Shown piece by piece: positions 8,356 through 17,011 of a stretch of 25,152 bases of DNA. Source of the DNA: a virus (Duplodnaviria; Caudoviricetes); the IMG/VR virus record IMGVR_UViG_3300012231_000046, positions 1-25,152 of that record, one strand, 5' to 3'. The position numbers were made by a program, and so were the translations under genes. How positions within the stretch are numbered: the stretch's first letter is position 1; every line of letters starts with the position of its first letter. The notes beneath the pieces are model-generated. The model was not told the DNA's origin, ran no database searches, and saw nothing but the letters and a program-made list of their open reading frames with translations.

Positions 8356-8855
8356 CTAAGGTGTTTCCAAGTTTTTCTAAGTCTTATATTAGTAATTGTT
8401 TGGCGAGTGATGCCAAATTTTCTACCCAAAGCTGTGGCAGTTTCTCTGCTATTACGAATAGCACGCACTTGATCATCATTTAGTTTTGCCATTCCATGAT
8501 CTGTGCCAATTTTTAGTGGTGGCGGCACATCTCTACCTTTATCATGCATGTCATCAACATTGTCATCATTGTTGCCAGCAAATAGGTGATTAGGATTTAC
8601 GCAAGCAGGATTATCACATCGATGCAATACGTCATGCTCTGGCCATTCACCATATTCAATAAACCAAGCAGCCCTATGAGCAAGCACAGTACAACCTTTT
8701 CGACCACCATAACGAATATTACCATATCCCTTATAACCCCTTTTAGAGGCTTTCCATTCCCAACAATCACCATTTGGACCCAATCCCGGTGTCTCGTTAA
8801 CTTTTTCCCAATATCGATCTTCAAATAGTCTGGGCTTCATTCCAGTCTTTACCAT
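8352..8855 (-). CDS. HNH homing endonuclease with C-terminal HTH
   Basis: CWEWK..GYG..AHRAAW..VLHRCDNPACVNPNHL..N..DM; AKL...IR...LG.KFG.TR..I..I...KTWKH tail. Confidence 0.9.
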   Translation of the reverse strand: MVKTGMKPRLFEDRYWEKVNETPGLGPNGDCWEWKASKRGYKGYGNIRYGGRKGCTVLAHRAAWFIEYGEWPEHDVLHRCDNPACVNPNHLFAGNNDDNVDDMHDKGRDVPPPLKIGTDHGMAKLNDDQVRAIRNSRETATALGRKFGITRQTITNIRLRKTWKHLS

Positions 8856-8880
8856 GTGTTACCCTACTGTTTTATTTTGC

Positions 8881-8886
8881 TAAATA
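8881..8886 (+). promoter_or_regulatory. T4-like late promoter core (GCTAAATA)
   Basis: Intergenic, upstream of the 8963 gene. Confidence 0.5.
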
Positions 8887-8922
8887 GTATGTTTACGGAA
8901 CTATCTCAAAAAGCCACATAGC

Positions 8923-8951
8923 TTTGTACGTCTTATTTTTAGCCCTGTCAA
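8923..8951 (-). promoter_or_regulatory. Putative sigma70 promoter for the minus-strand HNH gene
   Basis: Minus strand TTGACA (8951-8946), 17 nt spacer, TACAAA (8928-8923). Confidence 0.4.
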
Positions 8952-8962
8952 GAGAAAAATAT

Positions 8963-10222
8963 ATGCAGATGATCGTTAGACGGAAAATAAATGAGGAAGC
9001 ACCTGTCAACAACGTTGGTGGTGGTAATATTGCTGGTGTTGGTGTAGGAAAATTTGGCGAGCCTGGGGTAAAAAAATCGAAATACAAGCGGGATAATGAG
9101 AAAACTCCAATGTTTCGTCGTAAACCGGCAATGGAAGTGAAACAAGGGCATTTTGCTGGACATAAGACTTTCGTCGTACCGAATAACATTTTCGAGCGTG
9201 CTAGATTACAAAAACGCAAAGGGGGCCATTGGACAAAGTATTTGGACGAAGATGCCTACGGCCATGCAATTCGTGAGTATGCAAATAAGAACCCATACAA
9301 GCCGGTCATCTTTGAAGATGAAAAAACAGGTGCGATGGTATATGCAAGGTATGGCGGTGAAAGTGAACGTAAGCGTCGTATAATAATGAAAGAAAATGAC
9401 GACATTAACCGGATGTTGCAGCATGATGCCGATATCCAGAAAATGTTGCGCAAACCACCGGAAAACCCAACATTGACCGATACCGTTGGTCAGCAGTCAG
9501 ACCAATATAATCGCATGCCGGAAGGGCCGGTCGCCAAAGGCATCGACCAAAACGCAGGCAAGACGCCATTTTATGATCCACAAGGCATGCCATCAACAAG
9601 TACGCCTGGGTTCTACAATGGCCGTGTAATGACTGGGCCAGCACCAAAGATGTCACCGCCGCCGCGCAATCTTCGTGAAGGCTTGTTCGATAAGGTGCGC
9701 GATGTTCTAGCCAAGCGCAAGGCATCCAAGGCAGTAGATGCCAAGGTAGCGGCCAGTGTCGCCAAATTCAAAGCCAATCGTGAAACCAAGCAGGCAAGTT
9801 CGGCCGCTGGTTTGAATCGTTCTTTCGAACAATATCACAAACTGGTCAAGTCCCGCGCGTCATTGGATGCCAAACAGGCCCGTAGCGTTGCCCAAAGGGC
9901 GCTGGGGCGCGTTCAAGACACGGCAGGTGAAGAACAGTACGTCAAGCGCAAGACTGAGCGCCGCGACAGTATTTCGGCCAAGGCAGCAACCACGCGCGCC
10001 AAGAACCAGTGGCGTAAAGCACACGGCAAGAGAAAATTGAAAAGAAGTGAAATCAAGAAATGGCGGGAAAAGATCAAGCCTAAACCAATTCGTGAGGAAT
10101 TTGATGAAGATGAACTGTTGATTGAAAAAAAAAGTTGCAGACATGGGTTAATTATGCAGGCAAACATCATCCAAGGCTGGTTCGTAAAGCCCCCGGCACC
10201 GGTTATGGATAAAATTTACTAA
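8963..10222 (+). CDS. Modular putative virion protein with protease-like sites
   Basis: KINEE|APVNNVGGGNIAG; IMKE, NLRE|GLF, PIREE and LLIE motifs; start moved to ATG 8963 (8969 is also possible). Confidence 0.7.
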   Translation: MQMIVRRKINEEAPVNNVGGGNIAGVGVGKFGEPGVKKSKYKRDNEKTPMFRRKPAMEVKQGHFAGHKTFVVPNNIFERARLQKRKGGHWTKYLDEDAYGHAIREYANKNPYKPVIFEDEKTGAMVYARYGGESERKRRIIMKENDDINRMLQHDADIQKMLRKPPENPTLTDTVGQQSDQYNRMPEGPVAKGIDQNAGKTPFYDPQGMPSTSTPGFYNGRVMTGPAPKMSPPPRNLREGLFDKVRDVLAKRKASKAVDAKVAASVAKFKANRETKQASSAAGLNRSFEQYHKLVKSRASLDAKQARSVAQRALGRVQDTAGEEQYVKRKTERRDSISAKAATTRAKNQWRKAHGKRKLKRSEIKKWREKIKPKPIREEFDEDELLIEKKSCRHGLIMQANIIQGWFVKPPAPVMDKIY

Positions 10223-10225
10223 ATA
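10220..10225 (+). promoter_or_regulatory. T4-like late promoter core (ACTAAATA)
   Basis: At the gene junction upstream of 10293. Confidence 0.5.
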
Positions 10226-10292
10226 GTTGATGCTTTGACTTTCAATATCTCTTTTTCATTGTGAACGACTACCATAATGAAAGAGGATGAAC

Positions 10293-10910
10293 ATGGTTGC
10301 AAAACCGCCTTATACTGAGGAAGAATCTCAAAGACTAATGCCGATGGGAACCACTCCAGTTCCCGATCCAACTGTTTTGATAACACAAAATCTACGTCGT
10401 GAGATTTTTGGTTTACGTGAATTGATTGAGTCGCGCCTGGATGGTACGGATAAGGTTATGGCTTTACTGCAGGTTGAGATAATTGATAGAATTCCTGAAC
10501 GTATTGCTGGTGCGGTGGAACGCTTAGAATCCCTGCGCGATGAAAAATTCAAGAATGTTGCAGTTCAATTTGCTGAACGTGATCTTAGAGCCGATATAAT
10601 ATCTCGTGATAGTAAGGTTGCTATAGATGCAGCATTACAAGCCGCAAAAGAAGCCGTGGGTGAGCAGAACAAATCAAGCGCCTTGGCCATTGCCAAAAGT
10701 GAAACTGCAACTGTAAAACAAATTGATCAAATCGGTTTGACTACTACTGCTATGGCAAAAACGTTTGATGATAAAATTGCTGATCTTAAAGATCGTGTAA
10801 ATGCAATTGAAAATCGCGGTCAGGGGCAATCTCAGATGTGGGGCTATTTCGCTGGCGCGATTGGTATAATTCTTGCAATAGCCAGCGTTGCTGTTCATCT
10901 AGCAAAATAA
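10293..10910 (+). CDS. Coiled-coil protein with C-terminal transmembrane helix
   Basis: GAGG RBS favours ATG 10293 over 10287; heptad-rich body; C-terminal WGYFAGAIGIILAIASVAV. Confidence 0.75.
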   Translation: MVAKPPYTEEESQRLMPMGTTPVPDPTVLITQNLRREIFGLRELIESRLDGTDKVMALLQVEIIDRIPERIAGAVERLESLRDEKFKNVAVQFAERDLRADIISRDSKVAIDAALQAAKEAVGEQNKSSALAIAKSETATVKQIDQIGLTTTAMAKTFDDKIADLKDRVNAIENRGQGQSQMWGYFAGAIGIILAIASVAVHLAK

Positions 10911-10983
10911 CATTTACCTCTATCTTTTCTCAAAAGAGCGGTTTATACTGACAGGTTCAAAATTCGATCTGCAGGTATAAGCC

Positions 10984-12000
10984 ATGTCTCATTACATAGA
11001 TCAGAAATATGTGTCAATAGTGGGCGTAAAGCTGGAAGGCTTCGTTCACACAAACAAAAACACATGGAATTTTCGCTGTCCTAAATGTGGCGATTCTCGT
11101 AAGAATAAATCCAAAAAACGCGGCTACATCTACGAACGCAAGGGCCTGCTATTTTTCCGATGCCACAACTGCTCGGCATCAATGAGCTTCGGCAATTTCC
11201 TCAAGATGGTTGACCCATTTCTGTATCAAGAATATCAGATGGAGCGCTACAAGTCCAACAGTGGTGGCAACACACCGCAGCCTGATTGGCACAAAATTAT
11301 CAGTAAACCTACCTTCCCTGAAAAAAATAAAATTAATTTACCGACCTTGGCATCATTACCAGATAGTCATACAGCGAAAAAGTATGTACTGGAAAGGAAA
11401 ATACCCGCTGAATGGATGGACCGTCTATATTATGCGAACGATTTCAAGGCGTTTGTTGATGAGGTTTTTCCAGGCAAAAATATAAATTTGATAGCTGAAG
11501 AACCGCGCATTGTGATTCCATTTTTTGACCGTAAACAGGGGCTTTCTGGGGTGCAGGGAAGGGCTTTGTCAAAAACCTCAAAGGCTAAATATTTAACTTC
11601 AAAGAGAAACGAAGACTGTCCAAAAGTCTTCGGTCTTGATCGAGTAGACTTAACCCAAAATATTTACGTTTTAGAGGGAATTTTTGATTCTCTTTTTTTA
11701 CCGAATGCCGTCGCTACAATGGATGCAAATTTGATGTCTGTTGCTACACATGTTCCGGCATCGCAATGTGTATTTGTGCCAGATCGAGATGTGAGAAATC
11801 GAGAAATTGTAAAACAGGTAGAACGAATGGTCAATGCCAATGTCAAGGTTTGTCTGTTACCTGATAATTTTCCCGGCAAAGATTTGAATGAAGCAATAGT
11901 AGCTGGAATGAGCATTGATGAATTGAAAAATGTTGTTGATAATAATGTCTTTGAAGGATTGAAGGCCAGACTGCAATTTCAACAGTGGAGAAAAGTGTGA
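10984..12000 (+). CDS. 61: DNA primase (T4 gp61-like)
   Basis: NFRCPKCGDS..KKRGY..CHNC zinc finger; QGRAL; TOPRIM VLEGIFDSLFL; KDLNE. Confidence 0.95.
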   Translation: MSHYIDQKYVSIVGVKLEGFVHTNKNTWNFRCPKCGDSRKNKSKKRGYIYERKGLLFFRCHNCSASMSFGNFLKMVDPFLYQEYQMERYKSNSGGNTPQPDWHKIISKPTFPEKNKINLPTLASLPDSHTAKKYVLERKIPAEWMDRLYYANDFKAFVDEVFPGKNINLIAEEPRIVIPFFDRKQGLSGVQGRALSKTSKAKYLTSKRNEDCPKVFGLDRVDLTQNIYVLEGIFDSLFLPNAVATMDANLMSVATHVPASQCVFVPDRDVRNREIVKQVERMVNANVKVCLLPDNFPGKDLNEAIVAGMSIDELKNVVDNNVFEGLKARLQFQQWRKV

Positions 12001-12464
12001 TGCCAAAAGGAGTGAAACAACCAGCTAGAGAACGATTTGAAATGCTGGTGAACAGGGGTGGTGAATGTCATGAATGGAAAGGAGGCAAACATGTGTTTGG
12101 TTATGGTCAGTTTCATTATGAAGGAAGAATGATAGGCGCACATAGAATGGCATGGTATCTCGCATATGGCAAATGGCCAGACAATCAGATCAATCATATT
12201 TGCTGTAATCCTGCCTGTGTTCGTGTTGATCATCTTGAGGATGTAACACGGCAAGAAGATATTGACTATAAAGTCAAATTAGGTCGACAAACAAAGGGAT
12301 CGCAACATGGAACGTCAAAATTAACCGAAGTTCAGATCGAATCCATCAGAATTGAATATGCTGCTGGTGGTGTTTTCCTGTGGCAATTGGCTGAAAAATA
12401 TGGTGTCAGCAGAGAACAGATCGGTCGAATTGTAAACAAGAAACAGTGGAGGCATGTAGCATGA
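12000..12464 (+). CDS. HNH homing endonuclease with C-terminal HTH
   Basis: CHEWKG..GYGQF..AHRMAW..HICCNPACVRVDHL; the start overlaps the primase stop. Confidence 0.9.
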   Translation: MPKGVKQPARERFEMLVNRGGECHEWKGGKHVFGYGQFHYEGRMIGAHRMAWYLAYGKWPDNQINHICCNPACVRVDHLEDVTRQEDIDYKVKLGRQTKGSQHGTSKLTEVQIESIRIEYAAGGVFLWQLAEKYGVSREQIGRIVNKKQWRHVA

Positions 12465-13114
12465 ATGTGAAACTTATAGCGATTACACAACCAATGATTC
12501 CTGGCATAAAAACTGCCGAAGAACTTATTGCTTATTGTGCTAGAGTATCTGCCCCATCTAATCAAATGAACACTGAAACTGCCCCCAAATTGCTAAGATA
12601 TTGCATCAAAAACCAACATTGGTCGCCATTTGAAATGGTGAATATTGTAATGGAAATAAACACAACGAGAGACATCGGGCGGCAAATTTTACGCCACAGA
12701 TCATTTTCATTTCAAGAAATGAGTCAGCGCTATGCTGATCCAACTAAAGAGATGGGATTTACCACACGCGAAGCAAGACTGCAGGATACCAAAAATCGAC
12801 AGAACTCAATCGAGACAGACGACGACCAATTGCAGCAAGCCTGGACCATGAAACAGCAGCAAATCATCCACGAGTCCACGTTGGCATATAAATGGGCAAT
12901 TGATAATGGCATTGCCAAAGAACAAGCAAGAGCAGTATTACCGGAAGGCTGCGCACAGAGCCGAATTTACATGAATGGAACCCTCAGATCGTGGGTCCAC
13001 TATTCGCAACTCAGAATGACCGAGGGCACACAACGGGAACATCGTGAAATAGCTAAGGAATGTTGGAATATCTTGGAGACCCAATTTTCATTCCTCAAAG
13101 AAACCAATCAATAA
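12461..13114 (+). CDS. thyX: FAD-dependent thymidylate synthase
   Basis: ARVS, HWSPFE, RQILRHRSFSFQEMSQRY, AKEQARAVLP, TQREHR; start at MNVKL (ATGA overlap). Confidence 0.97.
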   Translation: MNVKLIAITQPMIPGIKTAEELIAYCARVSAPSNQMNTETAPKLLRYCIKNQHWSPFEMVNIVMEINTTRDIGRQILRHRSFSFQEMSQRYADPTKEMGFTTREARLQDTKNRQNSIETDDDQLQQAWTMKQQQIIHESTLAYKWAIDNGIAKEQARAVLPEGCAQSRIYMNGTLRSWVHYSQLRMTEGTQREHREIAKECWNILETQFSFLKETNQ

Positions 13115-13128
13115 AATCAGGAGCAAAA

Positions 13129-15063
13129 ATGCCAAACGACAATTATTTTCCAACCGATTATCAAGCATACATTCATCTTTCTCGTTATTCACGTTGGTTG
13201 CCTGACGAAGGCCGACGTGAAATTTGGCCAGAAACCGTAGCACGATACTTCGATTTTTTCGAAGAACATTTGAAAGAAAATAACAATTTCACGCTTGATA
13301 AGAAGTTGAGAAATGAATTGGAAGAAGCTGTATTGTCGCTTAGCGTGATGCCATCGATGCGAGCATTGATGACTGCAGGGGAGGCGTTGAAACGAGACCA
13401 TATGTGTTCGTATAACTGTAGCTACATTCCAGTCGACACCCAACGTTCATTTGATGAAATCTTATATATTCTCATGAACGGTACTGGCGTTGGTTTTTCC
13501 GTCGAACAAAAGTACACGGAACAATTGCCTTTAATTGCTGAAGAATTTTTTGAGTCCGACACAACAATCGTTGTTGCTGATTCCAAGCTGGGCTGGGCCA
13601 AAGCATTGAAGGAACTGGTGCACCTACTGTACAGCGGTCAAGTGCCGAAGTGGGACGTATCGCGTGTGCGACCGGCGGGCGCTCCATTGAAGACTTTTGG
13701 CGGTAGGGCTAGTGGTCCCGAGCCATTAGTTTCCCTGTTCAAATTTTGTGCTACCACATTCAAAAAAGCAGCAGGCAGAAAATTGACTTCATTGGAATGC
13801 CACGACATTGTATGTAAGATCGCGGAAATCGTGGTAGTCGGTGGTGTACGCCGTTCTGCGCTTATTTCATTGTCTGATTTGTCAGACGACAGAATGCGTA
13901 TGGCCAAGTCGGGTGAGTGGTGGAAAGAAAATATTCAGCGTGCATTGGCCAATAATTCTTATGTTGTGAAAGAGAAACCAGACATTGGAACTTTCATGAA
14001 GGAGTGGTTGGCACTTTATGAAAGTAAATCGGGTGAACGTGGCATCTTTTCGAGGGCGGCAGCCAAGGCACAGGCTGAGAAATTTGGTCGTCGTGATCCA
14101 AACCACGAATTTGGTATAAATCCGTGTTCAGAAATTTTATTACGTCCTCGCGAAACTTGCAACCTGACTGAAGTAGTTATTCGAGCCGGTGATAGCCTTG
14201 AAACATTGATCCAAAAAGTGCGTTGGGCCACAATTCTTGGCACCATGCAAAGCACCCTGACAAATTTCAAGTACATCTCAAAACGTTGGCAGGAGAATTG
14301 CGAGGAAGAGCGCCTGCTTGGCGTATCATTGACCGGCATTATGGACTGCCCATTAACCAATGGCGCGCTCAGTGACCGGCCTGATATGCCTACTGAATAT
14401 ATTTTGGAACGCCTGCGTGAAGTTGCTGTACAGACTAATATTGAATGGGCGAAGAAGCTAGGTATCAATCAATCGGCAGCAATTACCTGTGTCAAACCAA
14501 GCGGCACCGTTTCAGCCTTAGTCGATTCTTCATCTGGTATACATGCACGACACGCACCTTATTATATTCGTACTGTTAGAGCCGATAAGAAAGACCCTTT
14601 AGCTAAAATGATGGTCGATTTTGGATTCCCTGTTGAAGATGATATAACTAAACCGGATCATACCTTTGTTTTCTCTTTTCCAATTAAGTCGCCAGAAAAC
14701 GCTATATATAGAGAAAACATGTCAGCCATTGATCAATTAGATATGTGGTTGAAATATCAAAGGCATTATTGTGAACATAAACCTTCGATTACCGTGTCAG
14801 TAAAGGAAGACGAATGGATGGAAGTTGGGGCGTTTGTTTGGAGACATATAGATGAAATGTCTGGGGTGTCGTTCTTACCATTTTCAGATCATGTTTATCA
14901 ACAAGCGCCATACCAAGAATGTACCAAGGAAGAGTATGAAGAAATGTTAGCTAAAATGCCAAAGGAAGTTGATTGGTCGATGTTATCTATTTACGAAGCG
15001 AGTGATATGACTGAAGGAACACAGATTATAGCGTGTACTGCCGGAGGATGCGAGATGACATGA
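13129..15063 (+). CDS. nrdJ: Class II (adenosylcobalamin-dependent) ribonucleotide reductase, monomeric RTPR type
   Basis: MPSMRAL, GTGVGFSVE, VVGGVRRSALISL, NPCSEI, CNLTE, TCVKPSGT and C-terminal CTAGGCE; AGGAG RBS before 13129. Confidence 0.93.
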   Translation: MPNDNYFPTDYQAYIHLSRYSRWLPDEGRREIWPETVARYFDFFEEHLKENNNFTLDKKLRNELEEAVLSLSVMPSMRALMTAGEALKRDHMCSYNCSYIPVDTQRSFDEILYILMNGTGVGFSVEQKYTEQLPLIAEEFFESDTTIVVADSKLGWAKALKELVHLLYSGQVPKWDVSRVRPAGAPLKTFGGRASGPEPLVSLFKFCATTFKKAAGRKLTSLECHDIVCKIAEIVVVGGVRRSALISLSDLSDDRMRMAKSGEWWKENIQRALANNSYVVKEKPDIGTFMKEWLALYESKSGERGIFSRAAAKAQAEKFGRRDPNHEFGINPCSEILLRPRETCNLTEVVIRAGDSLETLIQKVRWATILGTMQSTLTNFKYISKRWQENCEEERLLGVSLTGIMDCPLTNGALSDRPDMPTEYILERLREVAVQTNIEWAKKLGINQSAAITCVKPSGTVSALVDSSSGIHARHAPYYIRTVRADKKDPLAKMMVDFGFPVEDDITKPDHTFVFSFPIKSPENAIYRENMSAIDQLDMWLKYQRHYCEHKPSITVSVKEDEWMEVGAFVWRHIDEMSGVSFLPFSDHVYQQAPYQECTKEEYEEMLAKMPKEVDWSMLSIYEASDMTEGTQIIACTAGGCEMT

Positions 15064-15689
15064 GTTTACATAAAAAATATGAAGAATATTATGGTGTAAG
15101 TTTGGATAATGATATCGAGGTTCATCACATAGTACCCAAGCATGAAGGGGGTACAGATGATATTGGAAATCTTGTCCCTGTAACAAAAGAAGAACATGCC
15201 AGATTACATTTAGAAAGATATGAAGAGACGGGCAATTTTCGCGATCTTTGTGCATACCACATGATTGGATATAACTTTACCAAAGCACACCAAATATCAT
15301 CGTCAGAGGGGGGTAAAATTGGTGGCAAACGAGTATATGCCAACGGAAATGGCATCTTTAGATCAGACGAAGAACGAAGAGAATGGGCTGCTATGGGCGG
15401 CAAAATAGGCGGAAAGAAACAAGCCGAATTGGGAATTGGCTTCCACCTATATAAGACAAATCCAAAATTACATAAAGAATGGGCATCTAAAGGCGGCATT
15501 AATTCTGGGAATTTCAAAAACAAATCGTTTCAATCTGAAATGGGAAAACGTGGTGGTTCAAAAAATAAAGGATTCGTGTGGATAAATGATGGAGTGAAAT
15601 CATTCAAATATACGGCAAGACAACAAAAAGATATTCCTTTGGATGATTTTCTTTTGAATAATCCAGGGATTAAAAAGGGAAGATTATAG
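15060..15689 (+). CDS. HNH homing endonuclease with GGK repeats
   Basis: EVHHIVPKHEGGTDDIGNLVPVTKEEHARLH; repeated GGKIGGK; C-terminal WINDG motif; AT-rich. Confidence 0.88.
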   Translation: MSLHKKYEEYYGVSLDNDIEVHHIVPKHEGGTDDIGNLVPVTKEEHARLHLERYEETGNFRDLCAYHMIGYNFTKAHQISSSEGGKIGGKRVYANGNGIFRSDEERREWAAMGGKIGGKKQAELGIGFHLYKTNPKLHKEWASKGGINSGNFKNKSFQSEMGKRGGSKNKGFVWINDGVKSFKYTARQQKDIPLDDFLLNNPGIKKGRL

Positions 15690-15691
15690 GG

Positions 15692-15865
15692 ATGAATAAC
15701 AAAGAGGTAGAAAAGGTAATATGTGAATTTTGTGAGAGCAGATATAAGTTGGTTTATGACCCCACTGAAACTTCAGGTTATGACAAATTTTGTCCATTTT
15801 GTGGAGAAGTGAGAGAAGACGAAGAAATAAATACTATTAAGGATGATGATAATCGCGAAGAATAG
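15692..15865 (+). CDS. Small zinc-ribbon protein (57 aa), not in the ORF track
   Basis: MNNKEVEKVICEFCESRYKL...KFCPFCGE plus an acidic tail; fills the gap. Confidence 0.8.
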   Translation: MNNKEVEKVICEFCESRYKLVYDPTETSGYDKFCPFCGEVREDEEINTIKDDDNREE

Positions 15866-15879
15866 GGAGAGATACAATT

Positions 15880-16353
15880 ATGAGCAACAAGTCGCTCGAT
15901 TTTGTAATTGGAAACACATTGACCAAGTTCTATAATACTGAAGGAACCAAGGAATTTGTCGAGAAAGCCGCAGGCATTCTCGTTTTTCCTTCAATTATCA
16001 AGGCTGGATTGTTTGGCTTTGGTGGCTCTTATGGTCAAGGCGGGTTGGTCATAAAGGACGACGTTCAGTCTTATTTCAATATAGTATCGGCTTCTTTTGG
16101 CTTCCAGCTTGGAATTCAGCAGTATTCGTTGCTCCTATTGTTTCTGACTCAGGAAGCCTTGGACGACTTTGTCAATTCCGATGGCTGGCAAGTCGGCGTT
16201 AATGCATCGGTTGCCATCATCGAATTCGGTGCTGGTGCTGTAGTCAATACAGATTCGATTAAGGACGATATTATTGCTGTCGTATTTGACAACGCCGGAC
16301 TTATGTATGAATTTTCTCTTAGCGGAACAAAAATCTCACGACAGGTAGGTTAG
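15880..16353 (+). CDS. YSC84/SYLF-domain lipid-binding protein
   Basis: AAGILVFPSIIKAG.FGFGGSYGQG...SASFGFQLG.Q...LLFLT..AL..F....GWQVG..AS...GLM...SL.GTKI. Confidence 0.85.
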   Translation: MSNKSLDFVIGNTLTKFYNTEGTKEFVEKAAGILVFPSIIKAGLFGFGGSYGQGGLVIKDDVQSYFNIVSASFGFQLGIQQYSLLLLFLTQEALDDFVNSDGWQVGVNASVAIIEFGAGAVVNTDSIKDDIIAVVFDNAGLMYEFSLSGTKISRQVG

Positions 16354-16357
16354 TGAC

Positions 16358-16939
16358 ATGCATTGGATAAAAGATTTTGTGGGCGATTTTGACCCAAACG
16401 ACTGGTTCGGTTTCATATATCTTATAGAAAATATCGAAACCAGTCAAAAATATATTGGAAAAAAACAATTCAGGAACCGACGAAGAAAACGAGTGGCTGG
16501 TCGCAAAAATAGAAAGGTTGAGATAAAAGAATCAAATTGGTCTAATTATACAAGTTCATCGGATGATGTGAATTCATTAATAGAAGAACTTGGAAAAGAC
16601 AAATTTACATTTTTCATATTAAAACTTTGTAAAACTAAACGCGATTTGGGGTATGCTGAAGTTGAAGAACAAATAAAACGAAATGTATTACAATCAAAAT
16701 TGCCTAATGAAAGTAGAGAATATTATAATAAGAGCATAATGAATAGATGGTTCGCTTTTGATAAACACTCCGAAGAATCAAAAAAGAAAATGTCAATTAG
16801 TTCAATTGGTAAGAAACATTCTGAAGAAGCAAAAATTAAAATGTCAAAGACTAGAATAGAACGAGGTTTGTCCAAAGGTCAAAATAATCCAAAATTCAAG
16901 AAAATGATAAGAGAGCAAATTCTTCGGTGTGAGGAATAA
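16358..16939 (+). CDS. GIY-YIG (Seg-like) endonuclease with NUMOD3 repeats
   Basis: GFIYLIEN...KYIGKK; YYN; KHSEESKKKMS and KHSEEAKIKMS. Confidence 0.88.
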   Translation: MHWIKDFVGDFDPNDWFGFIYLIENIETSQKYIGKKQFRNRRRKRVAGRKNRKVEIKESNWSNYTSSSDDVNSLIEELGKDKFTFFILKLCKTKRDLGYAEVEEQIKRNVLQSKLPNESREYYNKSIMNRWFAFDKHSEESKKKMSISSIGKKHSEEAKIKMSKTRIERGLSKGQNNPKFKKMIREQILRCEE

Positions 16940-17005
16940 ACCCTTCAGTGTGCGATTGAATATGAAGGTGATGGCAGCCACTTGACAGTCTAACATTCCC
17001 TATGA

Positions 17006-17011
17006 TAAATA
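17006..17011 (+). promoter_or_regulatory. T4-like late promoter core (GATAAATA), with TTGACA upstream
   Basis: 37 nt before ATG 17043; TTGACA at 16982-16987. Confidence 0.5.

Noticed and set aside
13129-15063. Intron or intein in nrdJ given the adjacent HNH gene
   Set aside because: The ORF is continuous, of normal length, with motifs in order through the C-terminal cysteines
16982-17006. Canonical sigma70 promoter TTGACA...TATGAT
   Set aside because: The spacer is only 13 nt; no good -10 at 16-18 nt
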